Shown piece by piece: positions 1-7,489 of a stretch of 41,899 nt of DNA. The stretch comes from Deltaproteobacteria bacterium (GTDB taxonomy: Bacteria; UBA10199; SPLOWO2-01-44-7): positions 1-41,899 of the forward strand of contig JACRBV010000119.1 in assembly GCA_016213065.1 (NCBI GenBank), written 5' to 3'. Both the position numbers and the translations under genes were made by a program. Within the stretch, counting starts at the first letter, position 1; each line of letters starts with the position of its first letter. The notes under the pieces were generated by a model. It saw nothing but the letters and a program-made list of their open reading frames with translations, made no database searches and was not told where the DNA came from.

Positions 1-537
1 GATCATCACGGCGTCGCAGGCCAAAAATTTTCCGTGTTCGCGGACATATTTGTCAATCCCCTCTCCACCCACTTCTTCCTCCCCTTCCAAAACAACTTTG
101 ATGTTTACGGGGAGTTTGCCGACCGTTTTCAGATAGGCTTCCATCGCGCAGATGTGGCTAAAGTGCTGGCCCTTGTTGTCCGAGGAACCGCGGGCAAATA
201 AATTATCGCCAACAATCGTGGGTTCAAACGGCGGCGTTTTCCAAAGATCAAGGGGTTCGGGCGGTTGTACATCATAGTGGCCATATATAAGGATGGTGGG
301 TTTGCCCGGTGCATGAAGCCAGTCGCCATAAACCAGAGGATATCCGCCGGTGGGAATCAACTGCACATGCTCAAGACCAATCTCTTTGAGAATTTTTGTT
401 TCCAGATCGGCGCATTTTAAAACCTGATCTTTTTTTGCGGGCTGGGCTGAAATACTTTCCAAACGAATAATCTGTTTCAAACTCTCCAAAAAATGGTTTT
501 TGTTTTTTGCAATATAATCGAGAACTTGTTGTGACAT
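1..537 (-). CDS. M20-family metallopeptidase/dipeptidase, N-terminal 179 aa only (C-terminus runs off the left edge)
   Basis: Absent from the ORF track because the frame is open to position 1. ATG is the complement of cat 535-537. My translation is MSQQVLDYIAKNKNHFLESLKQIIRLESISAQPAKKDQV...PTILIYGHYDVQPPEPLDLWKTPPFEPTIVGDNLFARGSSDNKGQHF. It contains the GHYDVQP and RGxxDxKG motifs typical of ArgE/DapE/CPG2-type M20 peptidases. Confidence 0.8.
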   Translation of the reverse strand, partial: MSQQVLDYIAKNKNHFLESLKQIIRLESISAQPAKKDQVLKCADLETKILKEIGLEHVQLIPTGGYPLVYGDWLHAPGKPTILIYGHYDVQPPEPLDLWKTPPFEPTIVGDNLFARGSSDNKGQHFSHICAMEAYLKTVGKLPVNIKVVLEGEEEVGGEGIDKYVREHGKFLACDAVMI

Positions 538-593
538 AAAACCTCCAGCCCAGCGCAATAAGACTCCTGTCAGATTTTTTCAAGGGAAAAGGA

Positions 594-866
594 TTAACGA
601 TGCTTTAATTTTTTTTCTTTGTTCCATACTTTATAACGACCAGCGGCGATTTCCCTTTCCGCGCTTTTGAGCTTTCTTAAAATATCGGGCTCGTCTTCCA
701 GAATATCCAGCGTCTCAAGAATGGCCTCGTATTCTTCAAAAGGGAGAAGAGCGCTCACAGGCTCCCCGTCTTTGAGAATGATAAAAGATTCCCCCAACTC
801 TTGATTACGTCGGGCCAATTCCAGCAATTGCTGTTTGGCTTTTGTGATGGTCAATAATTGTGCCAT
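594..866 (-). CDS. Type II antitoxin, Phd/YefM family
   Basis: 90 aa. MAQLLTITKAKQQLLELARRNQELGESFIILKDGEPVSALLPFEEYEAILETLDILED fits the Phd/YefM N-terminal consensus. Starts 3 nt after the stop of the RelE-like ORF. Confidence 0.8.
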   Translation of the reverse strand: MAQLLTITKAKQQLLELARRNQELGESFIILKDGEPVSALLPFEEYEAILETLDILEDEPDILRKLKSAEREIAAGRYKVWNKEKKLKHR

Positions 867-869
867 AGG

Positions 870-1154
870 TTACCTCCTAAATTTTTCATAAACTTCTTTG
901 CGATGTTGTATTCTCAAAACTTCCACAATAATTTCTTCCTGATGGATTTTATAAATAATTCTGTAAACTCCAACTCGATAAGACCAATAATCTCTCAAAT
1001 CACCTTTTAGCATTTTACCGATATGGGGATCTTGAGAAAGTTTATTTAAACCGTTTGTTAATTGCGTTTTATATTTACCAGTCACACCCTCATAAAAAGT
1101 AACGGCCTGTGATGATAATTTAAGTGTCCACATTGATAGCCATTTTAAATTCAT
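870..1154 (-). CDS. Type II toxin, RelE/ParE family
   Basis: 94 aa from ATG 1154, or 87 aa from ATG 1133 (MWTLKLSS...). The C-terminal DLRDYWSYRVGVYRIIYKIHQEEIIVEVLRIQHRKEVY is the RelE/ParE core motif (RvGdYRiiY....V..i.HRkevY). Confidence 0.8.
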   Translation of the reverse strand: MNLKWLSMWTLKLSSQAVTFYEGVTGKYKTQLTNGLNKLSQDPHIGKMLKGDLRDYWSYRVGVYRIIYKIHQEEIIVEVLRIQHRKEVYEKFRR

Positions 1155-2293
1155 TATTTCCTCACGTCAAGGGTTTTGGCGCTTGCTTCTAGATTTTTGT
1201 GGGCTTCTTGCCAGGCGGGGACTTCGGTGAAGAGGGCGGTCTTTTTTGCTTTCTCATAAAAGGGTTTGGCGACGAGACTTCCTTCCAACTCTTGCACTGT
1301 TTTGGCTTCCATTAGCAGGGGTTCCGATTTTTTTTGGAGCAAGTCATAGACTTTCTGTAGAAGCTGGCTCGTCTCTTCAGATGGGGGATAAGTCGAAACT
1401 ATCTTTTTTAATTTCAAACCGATTTCTTCTAAATTTGGATTTTCTTTTTGCAACGCGGTTTCCCAATTTTTAAGCGCCGGTTTTAATTGTTCATTGAGTT
1501 TTACGGCACTCTCTTTGAGGCCCTCTTCCAACTCCCGATAAAAAGGGGGCTTCAAATCCTCCGGCTTGAAAAGCGCCAGCGCTTCTTTGTATTTTGGATA
1601 ACCACCGCCATTTTTTGCTTCCGTTAATAATTTTTGCGCGGCTTCAAACTGTTTTTGAATTGCTTCGGATAAATTCTGACTTGTCTCATCTTTTGAAAGA
1701 GAACTTTGCAAACGGTTTAAAAGATTTTGTGATCTCTCTTCTTTCTCATCACGACGAAGACTCTCTTTCAAAACAAGAGCCGCTTGGCGCGGTTCCCCTT
1801 TTTCCAAAAAACCTCTCACCTCTTCCATGGTGCCGCGTGTTGGATCTGACATTTCCGGCGGTAGACTCTCTTTTTTTGCGGCCGGAACTCCTTGTTTAAG
1901 AAGGATCAGCGCTGTTTCAATTTTTTGTTTGAGGGGACTTTGAGGTTCCACAACCGATTGCAACGCCATCTGCCATTGAAGATTGGCTTCATTAAAACGG
2001 AGGGATTGATAATCTCTCAAACCTTCCAAATAAAATTGCTCCGACTGTTTTTGCAGTTCCGATGTGAGGTTTTTTATTTTCGATTGCGTTACAGCGAGGT
2101 TTGGGTCCAAAAAACGGGCAAGTTCGTAATTCCAAATTCCCTTTTTCCATTCTTGGATGGCAACATGATAATTTCCCTGTTCATAAAAATTTCCAACCAA
2201 TATTTCGGCGGCGCGATTGTTTCCATAAGAAGAAATCGGCGACAAAAGCAGTAGAAATTTAATGACAAGCGAGCAAAAAACGTTTCGTTCCAT
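1154..2293 (-). CDS. Secreted alpha-helical (TPR-like/coiled-coil) protein, last gene of the tad cluster; possible TadD-type accessory
   Basis: ORF 1154..2356 trimmed to ATG 2293, giving MERNVFCSLVIKFLLLLSPISSYG as a signal peptide. Long K/E/L/Q-rich helical sequence. No family recognised by eye. Confidence 0.45.
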   Translation of the reverse strand: MERNVFCSLVIKFLLLLSPISSYGNNRAAEILVGNFYEQGNYHVAIQEWKKGIWNYELARFLDPNLAVTQSKIKNLTSELQKQSEQFYLEGLRDYQSLRFNEANLQWQMALQSVVEPQSPLKQKIETALILLKQGVPAAKKESLPPEMSDPTRGTMEEVRGFLEKGEPRQAALVLKESLRRDEKEERSQNLLNRLQSSLSKDETSQNLSEAIQKQFEAAQKLLTEAKNGGGYPKYKEALALFKPEDLKPPFYRELEEGLKESAVKLNEQLKPALKNWETALQKENPNLEEIGLKLKKIVSTYPPSEETSQLLQKVYDLLQKKSEPLLMEAKTVQELEGSLVAKPFYEKAKKTALFTEVPAWQEAHKNLEASAKTLDVRK

Positions 2294-3056
2294 CTTTTTC
2301 CCTCCAACTTCCCATTCTGATTTTTTCTCCGTCAAAATGAGTGACTGAATTCCCATCCTCTTTTGTTTTTTGGAAGAGGGTCAGAATATTTTGTGCCTCT
2401 CCGGGCTCCGGAAAAAGATCGAGCAGATGAGTCTTATTGGTTTCTGAGGAACAGGCGAGAACATTTCCCTCTTCGTCAAACATATAGACTTCTTCTCCAA
2501 CCCATCGATGCAACAGGGGAATCCAATCCAGCGAGTGTTGGCAGATGGGCTTTGGCAGAGACTTGCTCGCTGGCTCTTTTTTACGACGCAACGAAAAATA
2601 GAGATAAAAACCAATTACCCCCAAAACAGGTGATAAAAATAAAAACTGGAGACCATAAAAATTGGGAACGTCGGGATGAAAAAGAAGAAGCGCCGTCCCC
2701 AAATTTTCCTGATTCAAACCCAATATCTCTTTTTTAAAAACAAGGTCGCCCCCTTTTTTTTGCGAAAAAATATCTTTTTCACCGAAGTGCTGGAGAGGAA
2801 CCAAAACTTTTCCCTGAAAATCGCTAACCATGGCTTCCACAACGCCCTGTTGCTGAAGCAGATCACCAAGACCCACAAGAGGTTCCAATTGATTTTGGAG
2901 AGGGGTTCTGTTTGATGCGGCGAGCGTCGTGACATAAGACTCACCTCTCGCGATTTCTTTTCGCAGAAAATCTTTTTTTGTCTGATCAATCCAAAGCCAA
3001 GCAAAAAAAAGCCAGATTATACCCAGCGATATCAGAAGAAGATTGCGCAATTTCAT
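2259..3056 (-). CDS. Membrane protein of unknown function (two TM segments)
   Basis: ORF 2259..3137 trimmed to ATG 3056 (MKLRNLLLISLGIIWLFFAWLW is TM1). This ATG overlaps the tadC stop as ATGA (3053-3056). The second TM is GLQFLFLSPVLGVIGFYLYF. Confidence 0.5.
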   Translation of the reverse strand: MKLRNLLLISLGIIWLFFAWLWIDQTKKDFLRKEIARGESYVTTLAASNRTPLQNQLEPLVGLGDLLQQQGVVEAMVSDFQGKVLVPLQHFGEKDIFSQKKGGDLVFKKEILGLNQENLGTALLLFHPDVPNFYGLQFLFLSPVLGVIGFYLYFSLRRKKEPASKSLPKPICQHSLDWIPLLHRWVGEEVYMFDEEGNVLACSSETNKTHLLDLFPEPGEAQNILTLFQKTKEDGNSVTHFDGEKIRMGSWREKDGTKRFLLACH

Positions 3057-3934
3057 AGAAATCCCTCGAAGCCTTTGGTTAGAAAACGAATGCCCAGTGG
3101 TGCAAAAATGGTTAAGAATACGGAAGGTAGAATGCAAAAGATCAGAGGTAATAAAATTTTCTGCGAGGCTTTGATGCCCAAACGCTCCACTTCCAAAAAA
3201 CGCTCTGTGCGCATCTGTTCGGCGCTGGCCAGCAGGACTGGTGCTAGCGGAGTACCCAACTGAATGGCTTGCAGAAGCAGAGCGACAAACTGGCGAATCT
3301 CGGGCAGAGGCATTTTTTCTTTAAAATGTTGCAGTGATTCTTTTCGTGTTTGTCCCAGCTTCAAATCACTCTGCACTTCTTCGAATGCGATAAGCAGTGG
3401 AGTGGCGGGCAAAAGCTTCACCATTTTTTGAATGGCCTGCATCATATCAAGTCCCGCACCAACCGAGAGAGCCAGAAGATCCATGACGAGAGGCAAATCC
3501 TTGCGAATCAAACGCCAGCGTTCTCTTTTTTTAAGGATGATCCACAAAAAGGGGTAACCCGCGCCACACAACAATCCGATGAACAGCGAAAAAAAGGAGA
3601 AACCAAAAAGAAGCACGGCGATTAAAACTCCTTCCCACGCGAGACAAAAACTCCACGAAAGAAATTCAGACGGATTTAAAATTTTGTCGGCACCGGAAAG
3701 TTGCAACAACGAAGATAATTTTTTAGTCTGTTTTTCGAATAAATCCCTTTTAAAAAGAAATCCAAAGAGTGGGATCAAGGGACGATTCCAGACAAGCAGA
3801 GGTCCTTCCTTTTGAATCTGCTTCAATGCGGAAAACCACTGGGCTCTTAAATGTTCTTTCTCCAATTTTTTAAAAAAGAGAAATAAAATCCACCCAACCG
3901 CCCCGCTCATCATTACAGAGATTAGAAATATCAT
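3053..3934 (-). CDS. tadC: Flp pilus assembly protein TadC (T2SS-F/GspF-domain inner-membrane platform)
   Basis: GspF-type domain: ...DLPLVMDLLALSVGAGLDMMQAIQKMV...LKLGQTRKESLQHFKEKMPLPEIRQFVALLLQAIQLGTPLAPVLLASAEQMRTERFLEVERLGIKASQKILLPLIFCILPSVFL. Start moved to ATG 3934 (MIFLISVMMSGAVGW). The 23 upstream codons in the track are read-through of a heptad repeat. Confidence 0.8.
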   Translation of the reverse strand: MIFLISVMMSGAVGWILFLFFKKLEKEHLRAQWFSALKQIQKEGPLLVWNRPLIPLFGFLFKRDLFEKQTKKLSSLLQLSGADKILNPSEFLSWSFCLAWEGVLIAVLLFGFSFFSLFIGLLCGAGYPFLWIILKKRERWRLIRKDLPLVMDLLALSVGAGLDMMQAIQKMVKLLPATPLLIAFEEVQSDLKLGQTRKESLQHFKEKMPLPEIRQFVALLLQAIQLGTPLAPVLLASAEQMRTERFLEVERLGIKASQKILLPLIFCILPSVFLTIFAPLGIRFLTKGFEGFL

Positions 3935-4602
3935 TTTCCCCCCGTCCATAGTCCATGGTCCATAGTCCCTTGTCCTTCTCCAAACGCCCATTCCATCTGC
4001 CAATGTTCCTTCCCCGTATTTTTTGTTACTTCTCCAGATAAAACAAACTGTTCCGCCACGGCTGATTTTGTTTTTGGATCGATCAAAATTTCTCCTGTCC
4101 CTTCCAGCGCGATATCCTGAATTCCATAAGCTTTGAGCTTTTGACTCAAATCCCTTTCTTCTTCCGTCAACGGAATAATTTCATCTTTTGCTTTGAGGGA
4201 AAGATGCTCCCGATATTTTTCGAAGCTTGTTCCAAGAATGTTGACGGTATTTTTGTCATCGAATGTTCTTTGCAACGCAAGCGTCGGAAAATCTTCAAAA
4301 ATAAAGGGTGCTGTTTCCTCTAGAGACGGCAAACCCGCAAGATACCATGGAGAGCCGGAAATCAGATGATCCGGGAAAAGGCCGACGCGTTTATTAAAAT
4401 AAATTTCATTTCCTTCGATGCGGGCAGAAAATTCACGCACCTGAGCTCCGCGTTTTTCAATATAGGTGATATGTTTTTGGGCGAGGGCCGGACTATGGAC
4501 CATGGACCATAGACCAAGGACCAACAACAAAAATAGTGATTTTAGGTTTTTAGTCCCTTGTCCATGGTCCATAGTCCATTGTCCTTTCCCATGTCCTTTC
4601 AT
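3931..4602 (-). CDS. Secreted protein of unknown function between tadB and tadC
   Basis: ORF 3931..4728 trimmed to ATG 4602, which forms ATGA with the tadB stop (4599-4602). Its own stop forms ATGA with the tadC start (3931-3934). It has a signal-peptide-like segment, TKNLKSLFLLLVLGLWSMVHSPALA/QK. The first ~37 and last ~12-19 codons are encoded by GGACCAT-type heptad repeats. Confidence 0.55.
   Translation of the reverse strand: MKGHGKGQWTMDHGQGTKNLKSLFLLLVLGLWSMVHSPALAQKHITYIEKRGAQVREFSARIEGNEIYFNKRVGLFPDHLISGSPWYLAGLPSLEETAPFIFEDFPTLALQRTFDDKNTVNILGTSFEKYREHLSLKAKDEIIPLTEEERDLSQKLKAYGIQDIALEGTGEILIDPKTKSAVAEQFVLSGEVTKNTGKEHWQMEWAFGEGQGTMDHGLWTGGK
3944..3978. repeat. Heptad tandem repeat, family G, GTCC orientation (single arm)
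   Basis: GTCCATA GTCCATG GTCCATA GTCCCTT GTCCTTC, five 7-nt units. Lies in the last codons of the 3931..4602 ORF. Confidence 0.85.
4490..4599. repeat. Family G heptad hairpin, cargo-free
   Basis: The left arm 4490-4524 is GGACTAT GGACCAT GGACCAT AGACCAA GGACCAA. The loop is 28 nt. The right arm 4553-4599 is GTCCCTT GTCCATG GTCCATA GTCCATT GTCCTTT ... GTCCTTT. Arms 4490-4521 and 4553-4584 are complementary at 27 of 32 positions by my alignment. Confidence 0.85.
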
Positions 4603-5153
4603 ATTTCTATCCTCGACAAATGACGCATCCAGAACCAACCGCCTGCATCTAAAATTAAAATCGCGCAGAGAGCCATCCATCCCAGCGCGCTCTCCCACAA
4701 AGGAGAAATAAATTCGGGGGACAAACAAAAAAGTGCCAGTCCAAGACCCAAAGGCATGAATCCCAAAATCACTCCCTGAGTCATTCCCTGCGTTGTTTGA
4801 AGTCTGATTTTAGAAGAAACTTTTTTTCTTTCCCGCAAAATGTGCGCCAAATTTTCAAAATGCGGGACAAAATTTCCGCCAGTCTGGCGCAAAATCAAAA
4901 CCGAATGCACCATCAAAGAAAAGTCGGCCAGTTTTAATGCGGACTCTTTTGCAAGAAGGGCTTCTTCCAGCGACCATCCCAAATTAACTTTTTCCAAAAT
5001 TTCCTTGAATTCCTCTTTCAGAGGAGAAGGCCCCTCTTGACTCGCCATTTGCAAAGCTTGAGGGAAACTCAATCCCGCCTTCATCGCGTTGGCGACCATC
5101 GTAAAAAATTCCGGAAGTGTTGCTTCGATCTCCTTTAATTTTTTCCGTTTCAT
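4599..5153 (-). CDS. tadB: Flp pilus assembly protein TadB (short T2SS-F domain protein)
   Basis: 184 aa. LPEFFTMVANAMKAGLSFPQALQMASQEGPSPLKEEFKEILEKVNLGWSLEEAL... followed by C-terminal TM segments, the GspF/TadB fold pattern. ATG 5153 overlaps the cpaF stop as ATGA. Confidence 0.75.
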   Translation of the reverse strand: MKRKKLKEIEATLPEFFTMVANAMKAGLSFPQALQMASQEGPSPLKEEFKEILEKVNLGWSLEEALLAKESALKLADFSLMVHSVLILRQTGGNFVPHFENLAHILRERKKVSSKIRLQTTQGMTQGVILGFMPLGLGLALFCLSPEFISPLWESALGWMALCAILILDAGGWFWMRHLSRIEI

Positions 5154-6991
5154 GCCAGCCCTCCGAAAATATCTTCAAGCAAAAAGACATCTCCTTCCAG
5201 TCCGGTTATCTTTGAAATTTGCGTGATTTTTCTCTCGCCACCGGACAATCTTGACACCTGAATAATCAGATCAATCGCCGAGGCGATTTGTTCCCGAATT
5301 ACTTTGGAAGGAAGTTCCATACCCGAAAACATCACGAGAGTTTCCAGACGATTCAGCGCATCGCGCGGAGCATTGGCGTGAAGAGTTGTGAGCGATCCTT
5401 CGTGTCCCGTGTTCATCGCCTGCAACATGTCAAGCGCCTCGCCACCGCGGCATTCTCCGATCACAATCCGGTCGGGGCGCATGCGAAGCGCGTTGCGAAC
5501 AAGATCACGGATGGTGATCGATCCCTTCCCTTCGATATTGGAGGGGCGCGATTCAAGCCGCACAACATGGGGTTGACGCAACTGAAGTTCCGCCGCATCT
5601 TCAATGGTGATAATGCGTTCCGTTTCCGGAATAAACGAAGACAAAACATTGAGAAGCGTTGTCTTGCCGGAACCGGTGCCGCCCGAAACAAGAATATTTT
5701 TTCGAGTCCGCACTGCTTCTTCTAAAAATGCAAATGTCTCCTCGCTGGCGGCTCCCATTTGTATCAAATTTTTCGGACCCAAAAGTTCTTTGGAAAACCG
5801 GCGGATGCTGATGACCGGACCATTGAGAGCCAGAGGAGACAGAATAATGTTGACGCGCGAACCATCATGGAGACGCGCATCAACCATCGGAGAAGATTCA
5901 TCCACGCGTCTTCCCACCGGCAACAAAATTCGTTCGATTGTTTTTTGCAAAGAGTCGGCATTCAAAAATTTCAACGGGGTGAGGCGGAGTTTTCCCTTCT
6001 CTTCCACATAAATTGTACCTGCGCCGTTGACCAGAATTTCACTATAGCCGGAATTGGAGATCAATTTTTCCAAGGGACCAAGACCTAGCAATTCACTCAA
6101 CAACTCTTCAAGCAGAGCCGTTTTATCGAGCGACTCTGGGAAAGTGTGTGATTTTGCCGCCATCACCTCTAAAATAATTTTGGAAATCTTTGGTCGGAGT
6201 TCCTTGTCTTCTTTTTCCGCTTTCAGTCCCTTTGCTTCCATTTCTTCCTGAACCGACCGCAGAAGCGCGATCTTTAAAGAGTTCGTGTCTTCGCCGGAAA
6301 TGACTTGTTCAACAGAAGAAGGAGAAGAGATAGCCGAATCAATTCTATCTTCCTGTTTTTGAAGTGCCTCAATCACTTCTTCAACCGAAGAGCCCCGGCA
6401 GGAAATTTTTGAAAAATCGCTGACGGTTTTGTTTGTCAAAAAAGATTGTGCATCCCAATTCCACGCAACCCAACCTGTTTTTTCCAGAGGAAAATAATTC
6501 TGGATAAGCTCATCCGCTTTGCAACGCAATTCCTGCACGAGATTGGAATGGGCCTGCAAAACAAAAAGAAGGCAAAAACTTTTTTCCAACAGTGGAGTTA
6601 TAAAAGGATTCCATCGCGAACCAATATCAGCCACGACATAATCAAAATGAACCAGCAAAGGTTCCAGAAGAGAAAAGGCACTCCGGGGTGTGAAATTGGA
6701 AAGTTCCGATCGCGCCTTTCCCCAACTAAGAGAATCAACGCCGTCGGAATTCTTCAAAAAACCATGAAGCCAATTTTTATCAACGGGCTCGGGAATTTTC
6801 TGCAAATCCCGCAAAGTCCGCCAACCATTTTGAGAAGAAGAAAGACGGCCCAAATCCCCCACATATTCAGGATGCCAATCCAAAAGAAGAACCCTAACCC
6901 CCTGCTTCTTCAATCCCAAAGCCAGCTTAAGCGCAAACGAAGAAGCTCCGACTCCATCTTTGACACCCATGATATTGATAAAACGTGTCAT
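5150..6991 (-). CDS. cpaF: Fusion of a TadZ/CpaE-like ParA/MinD-type domain with the CpaF/TadA secretion ATPase
   Basis: The C-terminal ~400 aa are classic CpaF: [23 protein letters not shown] (Walker A), [48 protein letters not shown]. The N-terminal ~200 aa ([41 protein letters not shown]...DYVVADIG...) look like MinD/ParA with a degenerate deviant Walker A, as in TadZ. Start placed at ATG 6991; the track start at 7009 lies in the A-rich repeat. Confidence 0.85.
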   Translation of the reverse strand: MTRFINIMGVKDGVGASSFALKLALGLKKQGVRVLLLDWHPEYVGDLGRLSSSQNGWRTLRDLQKIPEPVDKNWLHGFLKNSDGVDSLSWGKARSELSNFTPRSAFSLLEPLLVHFDYVVADIGSRWNPFITPLLEKSFCLLFVLQAHSNLVQELRCKADELIQNYFPLEKTGWVAWNWDAQSFLTNKTVSDFSKISCRGSSVEEVIEALQKQEDRIDSAISSPSSVEQVISGEDTNSLKIALLRSVQEEMEAKGLKAEKEDKELRPKISKIILEVMAAKSHTFPESLDKTALLEELLSELLGLGPLEKLISNSGYSEILVNGAGTIYVEEKGKLRLTPLKFLNADSLQKTIERILLPVGRRVDESSPMVDARLHDGSRVNIILSPLALNGPVISIRRFSKELLGPKNLIQMGAASEETFAFLEEAVRTRKNILVSGGTGSGKTTLLNVLSSFIPETERIITIEDAAELQLRQPHVVRLESRPSNIEGKGSITIRDLVRNALRMRPDRIVIGECRGGEALDMLQAMNTGHEGSLTTLHANAPRDALNRLETLVMFSGMELPSKVIREQIASAIDLIIQVSRLSGGERKITQISKITGLEGDVFLLEDIFGGLA

Positions 6992-6992
6992 A

Positions 6993-7047
6993 GAAAAATT
7001 AAAAATCAAAAATTAAAAACCAAAAACACATATCAAAAATTAAAAAT
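6993..7047. repeat. Family A heptad array (AAAAATY), left arm of 4HB cassette A
   Basis: GAAAAAT TAAAAAT CAAAAAT TAAAAAC CAAAAAC ACATAT CAAAAAT TAAAAAT. The core is AAAAACACATA. Confidence 0.85.
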
Positions 7048-7049
7048 AA

Positions 7050-7430
7050 CTACCTGCGGCCCTTCATTGTTAAAATGCTGGGGGCAAAAATATTGGCAAA
7101 TTCTTGTGTTTCTTTTAACAAGGCATCGCAGGAAACAAGACATTCTTGCGACACAAGACCGCTTTCTTTTAGAAGAGAAAGCCAAAATCGCGATTCATTG
7201 GACGATTTCAACGAATGGTTGAAGTAGTTTTGATAGTCTTTTTTTGAACTGGCGCCTTGAGCTTCAAAATAATTTGCTCCAATGCTTGTACCGCTACGGA
7301 CAAGCTGTCCAGAGATTTCCCGATAAATTGGTTCTTTAGGCAAATATTGCAAAAATTTTATCAAATTCAGGGAGTATTGGTATATTCGCCTTTTGAATTC
7401 CATGTGATGGCTTTGATAATTGTTTTGCAT
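7050..7430 (-). CDS. Four-helix-bundle protein (TIGR02436 / PF05635, 23S rRNA intervening-sequence protein / Avd family)
   Basis: 126 aa. ...YQYSLNLIKFLQYLPKEPIYREISGQLVRSGTSIGANYFEAQGASSKKDYQNYFNHSLKSSNESRFWLSLLKESGL matches the family signature (L.RSgTSIGANy.EA.gA.SkkDf......KE..Et.yWL.LL). An alternative start is ATG 7403. Confidence 0.85.
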   Translation of the reverse strand: MQNNYQSHHMEFKRRIYQYSLNLIKFLQYLPKEPIYREISGQLVRSGTSIGANYFEAQGASSKKDYQNYFNHSLKSSNESRFWLSLLKESGLVSQECLVSCDALLKETQEFANIFAPSILTMKGRR

Positions 7431-7448
7431 AGTTGTTTTTTATATTTG

Positions 7449-7489
7449 GTATGTGTTTTTAATTTTTGATCTTTGATTTTTGATTTTTC
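7449..7489. repeat. Family A heptad array, inverted right arm of 4HB cassette A
   Basis: GTATGTGTTTTTAATTTTTGATCTTTGATTTTTGATTTTTC. Its reverse complement matches the left arm at about 34 of 41 positions, including the CACATA core. It overlaps the last codons of cpaC. Confidence 0.85.

Noticed and set aside
3944-4524. The arrays at 3944-3978 and 4490-4524 as the two arms of a third cargo cassette enclosing the secreted-protein gene
   Set aside because: The arm orientation (GTCC-type left, GGAC-type right) is the opposite of both 4HB cassettes and both cargo-free hairpins. It is more simply explained as neighbouring independent arrays. I mention it under the coding-overlap finding only.
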